A program made the position numbers and the translations under genes. The notes beneath the pieces are model-generated. The model was not told the DNA's origin. It saw nothing but the letters and a program-made list of their open reading frames with translations, and did not search any database. From Cenarchaeum sp. (GTDB lineage Archaea > Thermoproteota > Nitrososphaeria > Nitrososphaerales > Nitrosopumilaceae), in NCBI GenBank assembly GCA_965212015.1, contig OZ243037.1, forward strand, positions 1,440,001 to 1,504,000: a stretch of DNA of 64,000 nucleotides. Direction: 5' to 3'. This document shows positions 50,246 through 59,512 of the stretch, piece after piece; position 1 is the stretch's first letter; the number at the start of each line of letters is the position of its first letter.

Positions 50246-50548
50246 ATGAACAAGGCAATATGCGCACTGGCCGCACTCGTCGTGCTGGCAGTACCCACAT
50301 CAGGGGTGTTCGCCCAGTACGACTTGCAGTCGACTAACATAGGCGATGTCTACGACAATGTCCGCGATGCAAAGATAAAGTTGGAAATTGCGCGCGATCC
50401 AGACGCAGTCGGCTCTGGAACGCCGTACTTTGCACTAGACGGCGTCATCATCTCTGCGGTTCTCTCGGCAGGGATATTCGGCGGCGTTTCTGCGATGTTT
50501 TTCATCCGGGGACAAAAAGGCAGATATGCCGCGCAGGGACGCGGCTAG
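50246..50548 (+). CDS. Small secreted, C-terminally membrane-anchored protein
   Basis: Signal peptide, GSGTPYF motif, TM helix, basic tail. Confidence 0.75.
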   Translation: MNKAICALAALVVLAVPTSGVFAQYDLQSTNIGDVYDNVRDAKIKLEIARDPDAVGSGTPYFALDGVIISAVLSAGIFGGVSAMFFIRGQKGRYAAQGRG

Positions 50549-50569
50549 CCATTTTTTTTCTCCAGCCCG

Positions 50570-51772
50570 CTAGATGGATATCCAGCCGGACTTTGCATAG
50601 GACAGGCCGATGTTGAGACCGAACAGGACAAACGTTGCGCCGTAAATCCCCCACATTACAACATTGACTGACTTGTCGGAGATTTTCTTGTAGATAATAC
50701 TGTGGATGAACTTGCCGCCGTCAAGTATCGGAAGCGGCAGCATGTTGATTATCCCTATGAAAAACGAGATCATCCAGAGCCACAGCAGGAACAGCGAAAA
50801 CTGCGGATTGCCCCACTCTATATAGTCGTACTTTGGCTGGTATGCCGCAGAATTGTCCCTGATTATTCCCACCAGGCCGCGGTCCGGATCGTCAGGCGAC
50901 TCCATTACCACCACTGGCAGCTCCAGGGACTGCCCGTCCCTCTGTACCGAGACATTTACGGTCTGGCCCGGCACCAGATCGACCTTTTGAAAGTCAGGCG
51001 GCGTGAGTACCGGAATGCCGTTTATTGCATTGATGATGTCGTTTGGCAGTATGCCTGCGTCCTGCGCGCCGGAATCTTCGATAAGGGAGAGCACCAGCAC
51101 CCCGTCGGGTGCGTCATAAAACGTACCCAGCAGCGGCTCGGGCACTATTAGCGCAAAGAGCGGGTTTGTAAGCAGGATTAGGCCCAGTACCAGGGCAAAG
51201 GCGACGTTTGCCGTGGCGCCGGCGCCGATAACGCGCAGCTTTGATATCCTTTTTGCCTTGTCAAACTCTTCCTCGTCGGGCTCTACAAAGCCTGCAAACA
51301 TTGCGATAAAGATCGCAAAGCCGCCCGTCTTTATCTTTATCCTTTCCAGGGCAGCCACTATCCCGTGTGCGCCCTCGTGCATGACAAGCACTATGGGTAT
51401 GCACAAAAGAAAGTTCAGTATGGCAGACGACGAGGTCAGAGTCACCCCGGGTATCAGCACGGTCACCTCGGCGAATTTTGTGGGCTCTACGAAATACGTC
51501 GCAATGTTTGATATCAGAAACCAGAACGCAAAGCCCATCATGGCGAATCCTGCAACCACGCTGATGTCTGCAAACACGCGTATGCCCCTCCTGGTCCTCG
51601 AGAGCATCCTTGTCAGCAGCGACTGGACTGAGGCGTTCTTGTAGACCAGACTGTACGCCTTTATCTCAAAGCCGTGGTTTTGCAGCCTGAGGCCCTTGGC
51701 CACGACCAGAATTACAACCCATGCCAAAAGCACGTAAATTATCGCATTTTCGGTGATAAAATCAAATTCCAA
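50570..51772 (-). CDS. Site-2 protease (M50) with PDZ domain
   Basis: HEGAH, GATAN, PDZ-like SGAQDAGILPND, NMLPLPILDGG; probable TTG start. Confidence 0.92.
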   Translation of the reverse strand: MEFDFITENAIIYVLLAWVVILVVAKGLRLQNHGFEIKAYSLVYKNASVQSLLTRMLSRTRRGIRVFADISVVAGFAMMGFAFWFLISNIATYFVEPTKFAEVTVLIPGVTLTSSSAILNFLLCIPIVLVMHEGAHGIVAALERIKIKTGGFAIFIAMFAGFVEPDEEEFDKAKRISKLRVIGAGATANVAFALVLGLILLTNPLFALIVPEPLLGTFYDAPDGVLVLSLIEDSGAQDAGILPNDIINAINGIPVLTPPDFQKVDLVPGQTVNVSVQRDGQSLELPVVVMESPDDPDRGLVGIIRDNSAAYQPKYDYIEWGNPQFSLFLLWLWMISFFIGIINMLPLPILDGGKFIHSIIYKKISDKSVNVVMWGIYGATFVLFGLNIGLSYAKSGWISI

Positions 51773-51815
51773 ACTGACTGTTACTTTTTTTAAGCACATA
51801 CATTTATCGGTTGCT

Positions 51816-52127
51816 ATGAAGATGGCAATCATACTCTCCACGTATCCGAGCAAAGAGTCGGCCGTACAGACGGCAAACCGGCTGGTGGCCCGCAGGCTGG
51901 CCGCATGCGTCAACATGCTGCCCGTCTCGTCGGTTTACGCGTGGAAGGGAAAAGTCGAGGCCCAGCAGGAGTACCTGGCAGTATTCAAGACCGAGCAGAA
52001 AAACGCAGACAGGCTAAGGCAGGAGATACAGGACACCCACCCGTATGACGTGCCCGAGATTGCCGAGCTTGAGGCCAAATCGGCAAACGACTCGTACCTC
52101 CGGTGGCTGGCAGAATCCACTAGCTGA
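51816..52127 (+). CDS. cutA: Divalent-cation tolerance protein CutA
   Basis: LAACVN, SVYAWKG, HPYDVPEI, YLRWL. Confidence 0.92.
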   Translation: MKMAIILSTYPSKESAVQTANRLVARRLAACVNMLPVSSVYAWKGKVEAQQEYLAVFKTEQKNADRLRQEIQDTHPYDVPEIAELEAKSANDSYLRWLAESTS

Positions 52128-53154
52128 GCGCGAATCTCAGAACTGCCACCATGCCGCCAAGCCCTGTTACCCGCAGCCCGGCGTCGGTGGTAGAGTCGAC
52201 GCTAAACGACCTTACGCCCCTGGCCTCGGCGTCGTTTAAAAAGTCCATGACCTCCTGCTCGTCTGCGTCCTGTATTATCTTTTCAGAGAACACCAGCGAG
52301 TCTATGGCTCCGATCTCGTTTGCCCTCCTGGTCTCTGCGTATCCCATCGTAAACTTGTTGCTCTTTTTGTTGGCCATTGCCATCACCTCGTCGATTATAC
52401 CCGATACCGTGGCAAGCTTGCTGCCTGCCATGATCTCCCTCATCGCTTCGGACTTTGTAAAGATATAGATTCCGTCCTCGCCGCCAGAGTCGATTCCCTC
52501 CACCACCCGTATGTCCCATTTTGTCTTTATTAGGTGGTTTGCAAGCCTTTTTCTTGTCTGGCCGGGGCCGAATATTATCACAGAGTCGCCCTTTTTGATT
52601 ACGGCGGCGATCGCACCAGCTATGCCGTCAAAAAACCTGCCAATGTCAAAGTCAGTCTTGTATCTTTTTCCGCTGGCACCTGAGTACATGTTTGGCGTGA
52701 TCCGGAGGTGCGTCCCCTTTAGCCTTGCAATACCGCAGTCCGTTGTGTCCACTGCCACCAGGATGAATCCCGACTGAGACGAGTTTGACCTTAGCAGTCT
52801 TTTTTCCAGCGCGGACCACCTCTTTGTGATGGTGATCCCCTCGTTTGCCTGCACTATCATGGAGTGGTGCGAGCCGTGGGGGACCGACTCGTTGTTTGAC
52901 TCTGCGATGGTCCCCTGTATTCTCAGCTTGTCAAGCACGTTGTCAAGTGAGATCCTGTTCACGTTGAGTGCTATCTTTATCCTGGTCCTGCGGCCCTTGT
53001 CCGGCCTTGCAAAGTCCTTTTCCTGCTTTAGCACCCGCGTGGTGCTGCCCACTATCCTGTCCCCGGCCTTTATTATCCTCCTCAGGGTGAGCAGGTCGTC
53101 GGACTCCTCTGCAATGACGGAGATTGACTCGCCGTCGATTATCTTGGTTATCAT
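52120..53154 (-). CDS. pelA: mRNA surveillance protein pelota
   Basis: DDLLTLRRII, LRIQG, HGSHH, GPG, GLGG..A.LRF. Confidence 0.9.
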   Translation of the reverse strand: MITKIIDGESISVIAEESDDLLTLRRIIKAGDRIVGSTTRVLKQEKDFARPDKGRRTRIKIALNVNRISLDNVLDKLRIQGTIAESNNESVPHGSHHSMIVQANEGITITKRWSALEKRLLRSNSSQSGFILVAVDTTDCGIARLKGTHLRITPNMYSGASGKRYKTDFDIGRFFDGIAGAIAAVIKKGDSVIIFGPGQTRKRLANHLIKTKWDIRVVEGIDSGGEDGIYIFTKSEAMREIMAGSKLATVSGIIDEVMAMANKKSNKFTMGYAETRRANEIGAIDSLVFSEKIIQDADEQEVMDFLNDAEARGVRSFSVDSTTDAGLRVTGLGGMVAVLRFALS

Positions 53155-53164
53155 GACCGGTATG

Positions 53165-53578
53165 CTAGCCCGCCATCTTTGCCTTGTTCTCCTCTGTCTT
53201 TTTCTTTACATAGTTTGTGACCCATTCCAGTGTGATCACGTTTGTCTCTGCAAGGTTTACCAGCGAGTTTGAGGAGGCCTCTCCTGCCACCTTGCCGTTG
53301 TTGCGGCGTATCTGCCTCCATTTCAGCGAGGTGTTGCCGCTTTTAGAGTTGTAAATTATCCCGAGCACGTCCCTTGCGTTGACAAAGGTGACGTCCCTGA
53401 TCTTTTTTATGGTCACCTTGTCGGCTGCCTCGACGTATATCGAGCCGAGACTCTCGTCTCTTTCTGCGAATATCTCAGAGTCATCAATGTAGCTCTGCGG
53501 GGCAAACGAGCTGCAGGTGCTAGATATGATGAATCTGCGAAAGCTCTCAAGCGATGCCGGGGTGTCGATGGCTACCAT
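53165..53578 (-). CDS. Conserved-looking hypothetical protein
   Basis: 137-aa ORF directly upstream of pelota, operon spacing. Confidence 0.75.
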   Translation of the reverse strand: MVAIDTPASLESFRRFIISSTCSSFAPQSYIDDSEIFAERDESLGSIYVEAADKVTIKKIRDVTFVNARDVLGIIYNSKSGNTSLKWRQIRRNNGKVAGEASSNSLVNLAETNVITLEWVTNYVKKKTEENKAKMAG

Positions 53579-53605
53579 TCCTTACCATATGCCCGCCGCC
53601 ATTTA

Positions 53606-53824
53606 TCAAGCTTTTTGAGGCCCCCCCGCTTGCAGTCCGGGAAATTCGGCCTGCCTCGTGCCAAGATTACGCTGCAGCTGCCGTATTCTGGCCGCAGTCG
53701 CGCCCATCGCGGTATGGTCTCCGTCCTGCCTTGCCTTTTTGTAGGCCCGCCAGCCCTCCTCCAGCCTGCGCCATATGGTCCCCGGCGGCTCGCCGGATTT
53801 TGCAGGTGACGGGAATCTTTGCAT
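53606..53824 (-). CDS. Small helical hypothetical protein (possibly frameshifted, real start 53852)
   Basis: PGTIWRRLEEGW...RIRQLQRNLG..QAEFP. Confidence 0.5.
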   Translation of the reverse strand: MQRFPSPAKSGEPPGTIWRRLEEGWRAYKKARQDGDHTAMGATAARIRQLQRNLGTRQAEFPGLQAGGPQKA

Positions 53825-53882
53825 GATCGTTGTTTTGTAATTGATACTCCATGTATGGTGTGAGTTTTGGTTTATCCTGGGG

Positions 53883-54353
53883 TCAAATTATTGTCCCGAG
53901 CTTTTGCGCAATCTTTTTGCTGCTGATTGCCAGATCATAGCTGCCGTCCAGCTTGAGGGCGGCATCAAAGTATGGCATCGCCTCCCTTATGCGGCCCAGC
54001 TCGCCTAGGGATATCCCCTTGCATGTGAGGGCCGTAACGGAATTGCAGTCCGCCTTTAGCGCCTCGTCATAGCACGGTATGGCTTCGGCGTATCTTTCCA
54101 GGTTCTGCAGCGCCACGCCCTTGTTTGTCCAGGCATCTGCGTTTTCTGGCTCTAGCGCAATGGCCGCATCAAAGCACGGTATGGCTTCTGCGTACCTTTC
54201 CAGGTTTTCGAGTGTGACTCCCTTGTCGATCAGTATAGTCACATTGCGCGGATCTTTTTGCAGGATTGCGTCGAAATATTCCAGCGCCGTGCCATAGCTG
54301 CCGTCTGCGCACAGGCCGTACGTGTGGTTCATCAGCTCCGTAAGATCGTTCAC
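53883..54353 (-). CDS. TPR-repeat protein
   Basis: Repeated KGV.L.NLERYAEAIPC(F/Y)D. Confidence 0.85.
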   Translation of the reverse strand: MNDLTELMNHTYGLCADGSYGTALEYFDAILQKDPRNVTILIDKGVTLENLERYAEAIPCFDAAIALEPENADAWTNKGVALQNLERYAEAIPCYDEALKADCNSVTALTCKGISLGELGRIREAMPYFDAALKLDGSYDLAISSKKIAQKLGTII

Positions 54354-54457
54354 GTTATGGCGTCTGCCGCCTCGTAAATAATATTTTTGGATTCCCGGAA
54401 TAATGCAGCCTGTTTCTGCCCTGAAAGGTTCAATTAGCGAGCGCGCCAGCTGCCGGT

Positions 54458-54517
54458 GCGGGCATTGATGAACGTATCCCGATGACTGATGATATGGATC
54501 TTGAGTTCTGAGCCTGC
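54458..54517 (+). ncRNA. C/D box methylation-guide sRNA
   Basis: Terminal stem GCGGGC/GCCUGC, C box UUGAUGA (54465-71), internal CUGA/UGAUGA, D box CUGA (54508-11), followed by T-rich tract. Confidence 0.75.
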
Positions 54518-54552
54518 CTTGATTTTTATGGCCGTACGGCGTTGCGCTGCCC

Positions 54553-54972
54553 ATGAGGGTGCTCACAGAATACCTGCAGTATAATACAAAGACCAGGAGG
54601 GCCTTTGTGAACATAACCCCAAAGGTGGAGGCGCTGGTGAAAAAAAGCGGGGTGCAGGAGGGACTGTGCCTGGTAAACGCCATGCACATAACTGCCAGCG
54701 TGTTTATCAACGACGACGAGGGCGGGCTGCACAGGGACTATGAAAGGTGGCTCGAGGACCTGGCGCCGCACGCGCCCACTGCAATGTACGACCACAACAA
54801 GACCGGCGAGGATAACGCCGATGCGCACCTCAAAAGGCAGGTGATGGGACGCGAAGTCACGATAGCGATCACAGGAGGCAGGCTGGACTTTGGCACCTGG
54901 GAGCAGGTGTTTTACGGCGAGTTTGACGGGCGGCGCAAAAAGCGCGTGCTGGTAAAAATCATCGGCCAGTGA
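54553..54972 (+). CDS. yjbQ: YjbQ/UPF0047 family protein (secondary thiamine-phosphate synthase)
   Basis: [31 protein letters not shown]. Confidence 0.88.
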   Translation: MRVLTEYLQYNTKTRRAFVNITPKVEALVKKSGVQEGLCLVNAMHITASVFINDDEGGLHRDYERWLEDLAPHAPTAMYDHNKTGEDNADAHLKRQVMGREVTIAITGGRLDFGTWEQVFYGEFDGRRKKRVLVKIIGQ

Positions 54973-55182
54973 CTAGCCAAAGTCCACGTCTCGTTTCTGG
55001 CTCTGGCCCTCGTTTGCCCTGGCAGAGGCGCGAAACTCCTCGTCGTGGTTTTGCGGCCCGTGTCCGCATTTTACGCACGCAATCTTGAAGCCGTTGGAGT
55101 CCTTTTCGTATGTGTCGCATCCGCAAAAGCACGCCATGACAGATGGTGGGGCCGTAAAGCGATATATGTCTTGCACCGGCAT
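54973..55182 (-). CDS. Small Cys/His zinc-binding protein
   Basis: CFCGC...CVKCGH...H; TAATG overlap with the DtxR gene. Confidence 0.6.
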   Translation of the reverse strand: MPVQDIYRFTAPPSVMACFCGCDTYEKDSNGFKIACVKCGHGPQNHDEEFRASARANEGQSQKRDVDFG

Positions 55183-55640
55183 TACGCGGCATCTGCCATG
55201 CCGCAGCACTCCCCTGCTGGAATGTCCAGGCCGTGCGGGCACTTTCTGGGATGCTCAAGCATTGTGCAGAGTGCGTCGGTAAACTGCTTGTTCATGTGGT
55301 GCTCTACTCCGCAGACCATCTCTTCGTTTATCTCTATCTTTAGCGCGCTGAACATCAGCACCTCCAGCAGCCTGCTGTTTCTCATCATGACAGAGCCGAC
55401 CTTTTCGCCCTCGTCTGTGAGGACAATGCCCGCCCTGTTATAGCTGACCAGCTTTTTCGTGTTTAGCTTTTTTAGCATCTGCACCACGCTGGGCTGCTTT
55501 ACGTTGAGTATCTTGGCAATGTTGCTTATCTTGACGGGCTCGTCGCGCTCCTTTATGTGCCATATGGCCTTGAGGTACATCTCTACGTGCTCGGTTTCTG
55601 CCGTACCCACAAACAGTATCTCTTTTTTTGCGTCATCCAT
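55182..55640 (-). CDS. DtxR/MntR-family metal-dependent regulator
   Basis: EMYLKAIW, SVVQMLKKL, RLLE, CGVEHH, CPHG..IP. Confidence 0.9.
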   Translation of the reverse strand: MDDAKKEILFVGTAETEHVEMYLKAIWHIKERDEPVKISNIAKILNVKQPSVVQMLKKLNTKKLVSYNRAGIVLTDEGEKVGSVMMRNSRLLEVLMFSALKIEINEEMVCGVEHHMNKQFTDALCTMLEHPRKCPHGLDIPAGECCGMADAA

Positions 55641-55643
55641 GCC

Positions 55644-56411
55644 TCATATCTTCCTTGAATCTTTTAATAAATATTCAAAATACTCCCTGGCAAACCCGGC
55701 CAGTCCTGCGTGATCCGCCCATATGGCAACCGTGTCTGCTGATGACGACTCGCCCATCTCCGGGCCCAGCAGAATCACCACGTACCGCCTGTCTGAGATT
55801 ATCCCGCCGCCGTACAGGCCCTTTTTGACCTTGACAGATGCCACCCTGGAGAGCGTCTTTAGTGACTCTTTGCCCATCTTGTCTGACGTCAGTATGGTAA
55901 TGCCGACTCCCTTGTCGTGGAGCAGCCTGAGCTTTGGAAGCGCCTGCTTTATGAGCTCCTCGCCTGCCTCGGGGACGGTAATTAGCACCTCGTTTCTGCA
56001 CGTCTCTACCATCTCTAGGATCTTTGCTGCAATGTTGATTGCCCCTGACAAAAACCAAATGTCGGGCTTTTCGCTGGTGCCGCTCTTTTCGTACAGCGGC
56101 GAGAGCTCGCTTGTTATTATGGAATTATTGTCCGAAAAATCGGCGTCAATTTTCAGTTTTGTAGTCTCTAGGCCCGTTGAGGGCGACTTTGCAATGTATC
56201 TTGTGGGTCTCGAGTTATCCGAGCCAATCCACCTCTTCTCCTCCAGGGTGCCTAGGACCTCGTAGATCTTTGAGTACGGCACGCCTGACTTTTGGCTCAA
56301 ATCCTGCGCGGTAAGCTCGCCGGACTTGAGCAGCGCCACGTATGTGCGGATTTCGTACCCTGTCAGGCCTATCTGTTCTAGCGCCTTTTTGGCCTTGTCC
56401 GTGATGCTCAT
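55644..56411 (-). CDS. TrmB-family transcriptional regulator
   Basis: GLTGYE, SGVPYSKIYEVL..LEEK, RPTRY. Confidence 0.9.
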   Translation of the reverse strand: MSITDKAKKALEQIGLTGYEIRTYVALLKSGELTAQDLSQKSGVPYSKIYEVLGTLEEKRWIGSDNSRPTRYIAKSPSTGLETTKLKIDADFSDNNSIITSELSPLYEKSGTSEKPDIWFLSGAINIAAKILEMVETCRNEVLITVPEAGEELIKQALPKLRLLHDKGVGITILTSDKMGKESLKTLSRVASVKVKKGLYGGGIISDRRYVVILLGPEMGESSSADTVAIWADHAGLAGFAREYFEYLLKDSRKI

Positions 56412-56601
56412 GCGATCTAGATCGACTCGATTCCGTATTTAAACTCGTTATAAAAGCGCGGCACGGGACCTCCAAAAGGGCGCCAATACCGCAAAATCCA
56501 CGCCTAGAGGAGGGGGCGGAAACCCCCGTTTAATACGTATTTTCACACGGGGGCGGGGGGGAAATGGATTATATACTATCCATTAAAAATTCCAACTGTA
56601 A

Positions 56602-58266
56602 ATGGCGTTAATTCAGATTGCAAACCAGTCTACAAAGAATCTGGGCAAAAAATCCACCATCAGGTTCACCCAGAGCATATGCCCTGACTGCAACATGATA
56701 CTGGATGCCGAGGTCTTTGAGCGCGGCGACAAGGTATACATGACAAAGACGTGCCCCACGCACGGCGAATGCGAGGAGCTGTACTTTGGATCATTTGAGC
56801 TATACCAGAAATTCAGCACATACTGGCAGGACGGCAAGGGCGCACACGCGCCGAACGTAATGATAGAAAAGTGCTCGTGCCCGAACAACTGCGGACTGTG
56901 CTCAAACCACCTCTCCCACAGCGGACTGGCAAACATGATAGTCACGAACAGGTGCGATCTTACGTGCTGGTACTGCTTTTTCTATGTCAAAAAGGGCCTC
57001 GAGGGCGCATACATGTACGAGCCCTCGCAGGATCAGGTCCGCGCAATGATGAAGACCCTCAGGGCGGAGCGCCCAATCCCGGGAAACTCGATGCAGATCA
57101 CCGGCGGCGAGCCGATGCTCAGGGAGGACATTACAAGTGTAATTAAAATCATGAAAGAAGAGGGCGTCGATCACATACAGATGAACACCAACGGAATCAG
57201 GCACGCAATGGATCCGGAGGCGGCCCGCGACGTGAGGCTGGCCGGATGCAACAATCTCTATCTGAGCTTTGATGGCGTCACTGCCAGAACCAACCCAAAG
57301 AACCACTGGGAGATTCCGCACGCCCTTGACAGCTGCAGAAAGACCGGCACCACGGTGGTCTTTGTGCCCACCGTGATTAAGTCAATCAACGACCACGAGC
57401 TGGGCGGCATCATACGGTACGCCCAAAAGAACATGGACGTGGTACACGCCGTAAACTTTCAGCCAGTCTCGCTGACCGGAAGGATGGGCAAGACTGAGCG
57501 TGAAAAGTACAGGATTACAGTACCTGACTGCATTCAGAGAATCGAGGAGCAGACGGGAGGCGAGGTCACCATAGACGACTGGTTCCCCGTCCCAAGCTGC
57601 ATGCCGCTGACCAACGTCATAGAGGCGTTCTCAAGCAAGCCAAAGTACGAGCTTTCCATTCATTTTGCGTGCGGTGCTGGCACGTACATCTTTGAGGACG
57701 AAGAGACGAAAAAGTTCGTCCCGCTGACAAAGTTCTGCGACATACAGGGAATGCTGGAATTATTTGAGGACAAGGCCGAAGAGATTCGCTCCGGCAAAAA
57801 CAAGTACTTTACAATGCTAGAAGTGGTCAGAAAGCTAAAGGGATTCGTTGACAGCAAAAAGCAGCCGGCGGGACTCGATCTGGCAAAGATGTTTGGCAAC
57901 ATACTGATGAAGCGCTCCTTTGACTCTGTGGGATCCTGGCACGTAAAGGGACTGTTCCTTGGCATGATGCACTTTCAGGACAAGTACAACGAGGACCTAG
58001 AGAGGCTGCAAAGGTGCGACATTCACTATGTGACGCCGGATCTGCGGATAATTCCGTTCTGCGCGTTTAACGTGATTCCAGAGTGGTACCGGGACAGGAT
58101 TCAAAAAAAGTATTCCATTACAGTAGAGCAGTGGGAGCAGCGCGAGGGCGTAAAGCTCGAGGACGGCCTCTACCGGGGTCTGATGAGGCGCGGCGCAGGC
58201 GACGAGCTTGCGGCAGGTTGCGCAAAGAGCCAAATGTTCCACGATGCGTCGCAGGCAGTAGTGTAG
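56602..58266 (+). CDS. tes: Tetraether lipid synthase (radical SAM)
   Basis: N-terminal CPDC/CPTHG, CPNNCGLC, TNRCDLTCWYCF, NFQPVS..GR, MHFQD.YN.D..R..RC, IIPFC. Confidence 0.88.
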   Translation: MALIQIANQSTKNLGKKSTIRFTQSICPDCNMILDAEVFERGDKVYMTKTCPTHGECEELYFGSFELYQKFSTYWQDGKGAHAPNVMIEKCSCPNNCGLCSNHLSHSGLANMIVTNRCDLTCWYCFFYVKKGLEGAYMYEPSQDQVRAMMKTLRAERPIPGNSMQITGGEPMLREDITSVIKIMKEEGVDHIQMNTNGIRHAMDPEAARDVRLAGCNNLYLSFDGVTARTNPKNHWEIPHALDSCRKTGTTVVFVPTVIKSINDHELGGIIRYAQKNMDVVHAVNFQPVSLTGRMGKTEREKYRITVPDCIQRIEEQTGGEVTIDDWFPVPSCMPLTNVIEAFSSKPKYELSIHFACGAGTYIFEDEETKKFVPLTKFCDIQGMLELFEDKAEEIRSGKNKYFTMLEVVRKLKGFVDSKKQPAGLDLAKMFGNILMKRSFDSVGSWHVKGLFLGMMHFQDKYNEDLERLQRCDIHYVTPDLRIIPFCAFNVIPEWYRDRIQKKYSITVEQWEQREGVKLEDGLYRGLMRRGAGDELAAGCAKSQMFHDASQAVV

Positions 58267-58492
58267 GGACAGTCAGTTCTGACGGTATAATCAGTCTGTG
58301 GATGTTTAGCCAGATTTTTTTACCCCGCAGTGGCTACAAAACAAATATCCGTCCTTGTGCCTCACCCAGTAGTGAAGGGCGTGATCCTTCATGGCCTGTA
58401 TAATGGTTCGTGGCCTAAAGTTGTTTTGATGTATGGTATGGGGCCGGCTCGCAGGCCGTATGGCTTGTAATATAAAACCATATTTTTATCTG

Positions 58493-58508
58493 GTTAATGT
58501 TTATTAAC
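58493..58508. promoter_or_regulatory. Palindrome upstream of MNT-HEPN operon (putative operator)
   Basis: GTTAAT-GTTT-ATTAAC immediately before the start codon. Confidence 0.45.
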
Positions 58509-58519
58509 TAATAAGAAAT

Positions 58520-59512
58520 ATGTGTTTTATGAACTCGAGGCAGGCAGAAGAAAAGGCGGCAGGATACCTTGCCGGGCTTGGCTGGGACGTGCAAAGGGAG
58601 GTAAAGATTCGCGGCAGGATGGTAGACGTTGTGGGCGTGCGGGACGGGCAGATTGCCATGGTGGAGGTAAGGGATGCGCACGGCAACATGGACATGGGTA
58701 TAATGCACGCCATGCACCAAAAGGAGGCAGCCGACTATTCGTATCTGGCAATGTATGACGGCATTCACAAAAGGGCCCGGACTGTCTGCCGGAATCTCGG
58801 AGTCGGGCTGATTCAGCTGGACGGCGCTGCTTGTGAGATGCTGCCGGCAGAACACACTGCGGCGCTGGAATCAGTCAGAAAAAAGATGCTCAAAACAAGG
58901 CCGGCAGAAAGGAAAACAATTCGGGTGCAGAGCCCCTTATACCACATTCTGCACACAAAAAGCCAGGTGCTGATACTAAAGCTGCTGTTTCTGAACGGGA
59001 CAAAAGAGTTTCACCTGAACGATATCGCGCGCAGGATAGGGCTTAGCGCGCCTGCCGTGCACAAGGAGATGGCCAGGCTTGCCGGCACGGATCTGATACT
59101 GCGGCGCCGCCAGGGAAGCATGATGCTCTATATGATAAACAAGGGCGGCATCATATATGATGAGATGAGGCGCATATTCTTAAAGTACGAGCTCTTCGGC
59201 GAGATGCTGTCTGCAAAGTTCGATAAAGAGGACGTACGATACGCCGCAATATATGGCTCGTTTGCAAGCGGGACAGAGGACGTGGCAAGCGATATCGATC
59301 TTTTTGTGGTAGGCGGCATACACGAGGACCGCCTCTTGGGGATTGTCACGAGGGTGGAGCGCGAGATTGGCCGCGAGATCAACTTTGTGCTGTGGACCGA
59401 AAAGGAGCTGGGACAAAAGATAAGAAAAAAGACGCCGCTGATCCGAGAGATTGCAAACGCGATTATAATGATAACGGGGGACGAGGATGAATTTAAGCGA
59501 CTTGCAGCGTAA
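58520..59512 (+). CDS. PD-(D/E)xK-like + winged helix + MNT nucleotidyltransferase fusion (antitoxin)
   Basis: REV...VDVVG...VEVR; FHLNDIARRIGLS..AVHKE; YGSFASG...SDIDLFVVG...GREIN. Confidence 0.8.
   Translation: MCFMNSRQAEEKAAGYLAGLGWDVQREVKIRGRMVDVVGVRDGQIAMVEVRDAHGNMDMGIMHAMHQKEAADYSYLAMYDGIHKRARTVCRNLGVGLIQLDGAACEMLPAEHTAALESVRKKMLKTRPAERKTIRVQSPLYHILHTKSQVLILKLLFLNGTKEFHLNDIARRIGLSAPAVHKEMARLAGTDLILRRRQGSMMLYMINKGGIIYDEMRRIFLKYELFGEMLSAKFDKEDVRYAAIYGSFASGTEDVASDIDLFVVGGIHEDRLLGIVTRVEREIGREINFVLWTEKELGQKIRKKTPLIREIANAIIMITGDEDEFKRLAA

Noticed and set aside
56460-56565. G-rich strings upstream of tes as replication-origin ORB elements
   Set aside because: No TCCA..GAAA ORB core repeats and no cdc6/orc1 nearby
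56602-58266. Novel radical SAM system
   Set aside because: Motifs fit the characterised tetraether synthase family; housekeeping lipid gene
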